A stretch of 63,841 nucleotides of DNA, the filler included, from Octopus bimaculoides (Eukaryota), in NCBI RefSeq assembly GCF_001194135.2. It is 6 parts of 6 records of this genome, joined end to end, with 100 filler letters (N's around TTAATTAATTAA, not from the genome) between each part and the next. Parts side by side here need not be neighbours in the genome. Positions count along the whole stretch, not along the records: positions 60,909 to 63,841 come from NC_069010.1; 5 more parts are not named here. One strand, 5' to 3'. Shown here piece by piece: positions 63,400-63,841 of this stretch. A program made the translations under genes and the position numbers. Below the pieces are notes generated by a model. It was not told the origin of the DNA. It made no database searches and saw nothing but the letters and a program-made list of their open reading frames with translations. How positions within the stretch are numbered: the first letter of the stretch is position 1; the number at the start of each line of letters is the position of its first letter.

Positions 63400-63841
63400 G
63401 GTGGTGAGCTGGCAGAATCATTAGCATGCTAGACAAAATGCTTATCAGCATTTCCCCTGTTACTCCATTCTGAGTTCAAATTCCACTGAGGTCGACTTTA
63501 CCTTTCATCCTTTCAGGGTTGATAAAATAAGTACCGGTTGAACACTGGGGTTGATGTAATCGACTCATCCCCTGTCTCAAAATTGTTGCCCTTGTGGTAA
63601 AACTTGAAACTATTATTATTATTATTATTATTATTATTATCATAATTATTATTATTATTATTATTATCATAATTATTATTATTATTATGTCACTGAGATA
63701 GATTTTGCCATTCATCCTTTCAGGGTTGATAAAATAAATACCGGTTGAACACTGGGGTTGATGTAATCGACTCATCCCCTGCCCCAAAATTGTTGCCCTT
63801 GTGGTAAAATTTGAAACTATTATTATTATTATTATTATTAT
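63400..63841 (+). mobile_element. SINE family B with tandemly repeated 3' half and (ATT)n tails
   Basis: CATCCTTTCAGGGTTGATAAAATAA..CCCTTGTGGTAAAA(C/T)TTGAAACTATTATT occurs twice. Confidence 0.85.

Overview
Eukaryotic, AT-rich, microsatellite- and SINE-laden draft scaffold. The repeat families and sialin-like paralogues point to an octopus (inferred), and there are no prokaryotic systems here. Protein-coding content: (1) a tandem array of three intact single-coding-exon SLC17/sialin-like MFS transporters on the minus strand (36973-49764), plus a decayed fourth fragment; (2) the first coding exon of a secreted carboxylesterase/cholinesterase/neuroligin-family gene on + (29425-29625); (3) one internal exon of an OATP/SLCO transporter on - (2918-3090); (4) a 744-nt orphan internal exon with Gln/Trp repeats on - (62501-63244). 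The rest is RLE-type (R4/Dong-like) LINE fragments associated with microsatellites, RTE, Penelope, Mariner, hAT and Gypsy relics, three abundant tRNA-SINE families, and N-gaps, five of which carry an artificial TTAATTAATTAA linker. Best leads: the SLC17 copies may be splice-selected CDS cassettes (conserved 5'-UTR acceptors, and almost no non-TE room for a promoter above copy 2). They have all lost the TM4 Glu/His proton-coupling residues, and copies 1 and 2 show identical tracts alternating with hypervariable patches. A tRNA-headed repeat carries a degenerate hammerhead ribozyme. Coordinates of decayed repeats are approximate.
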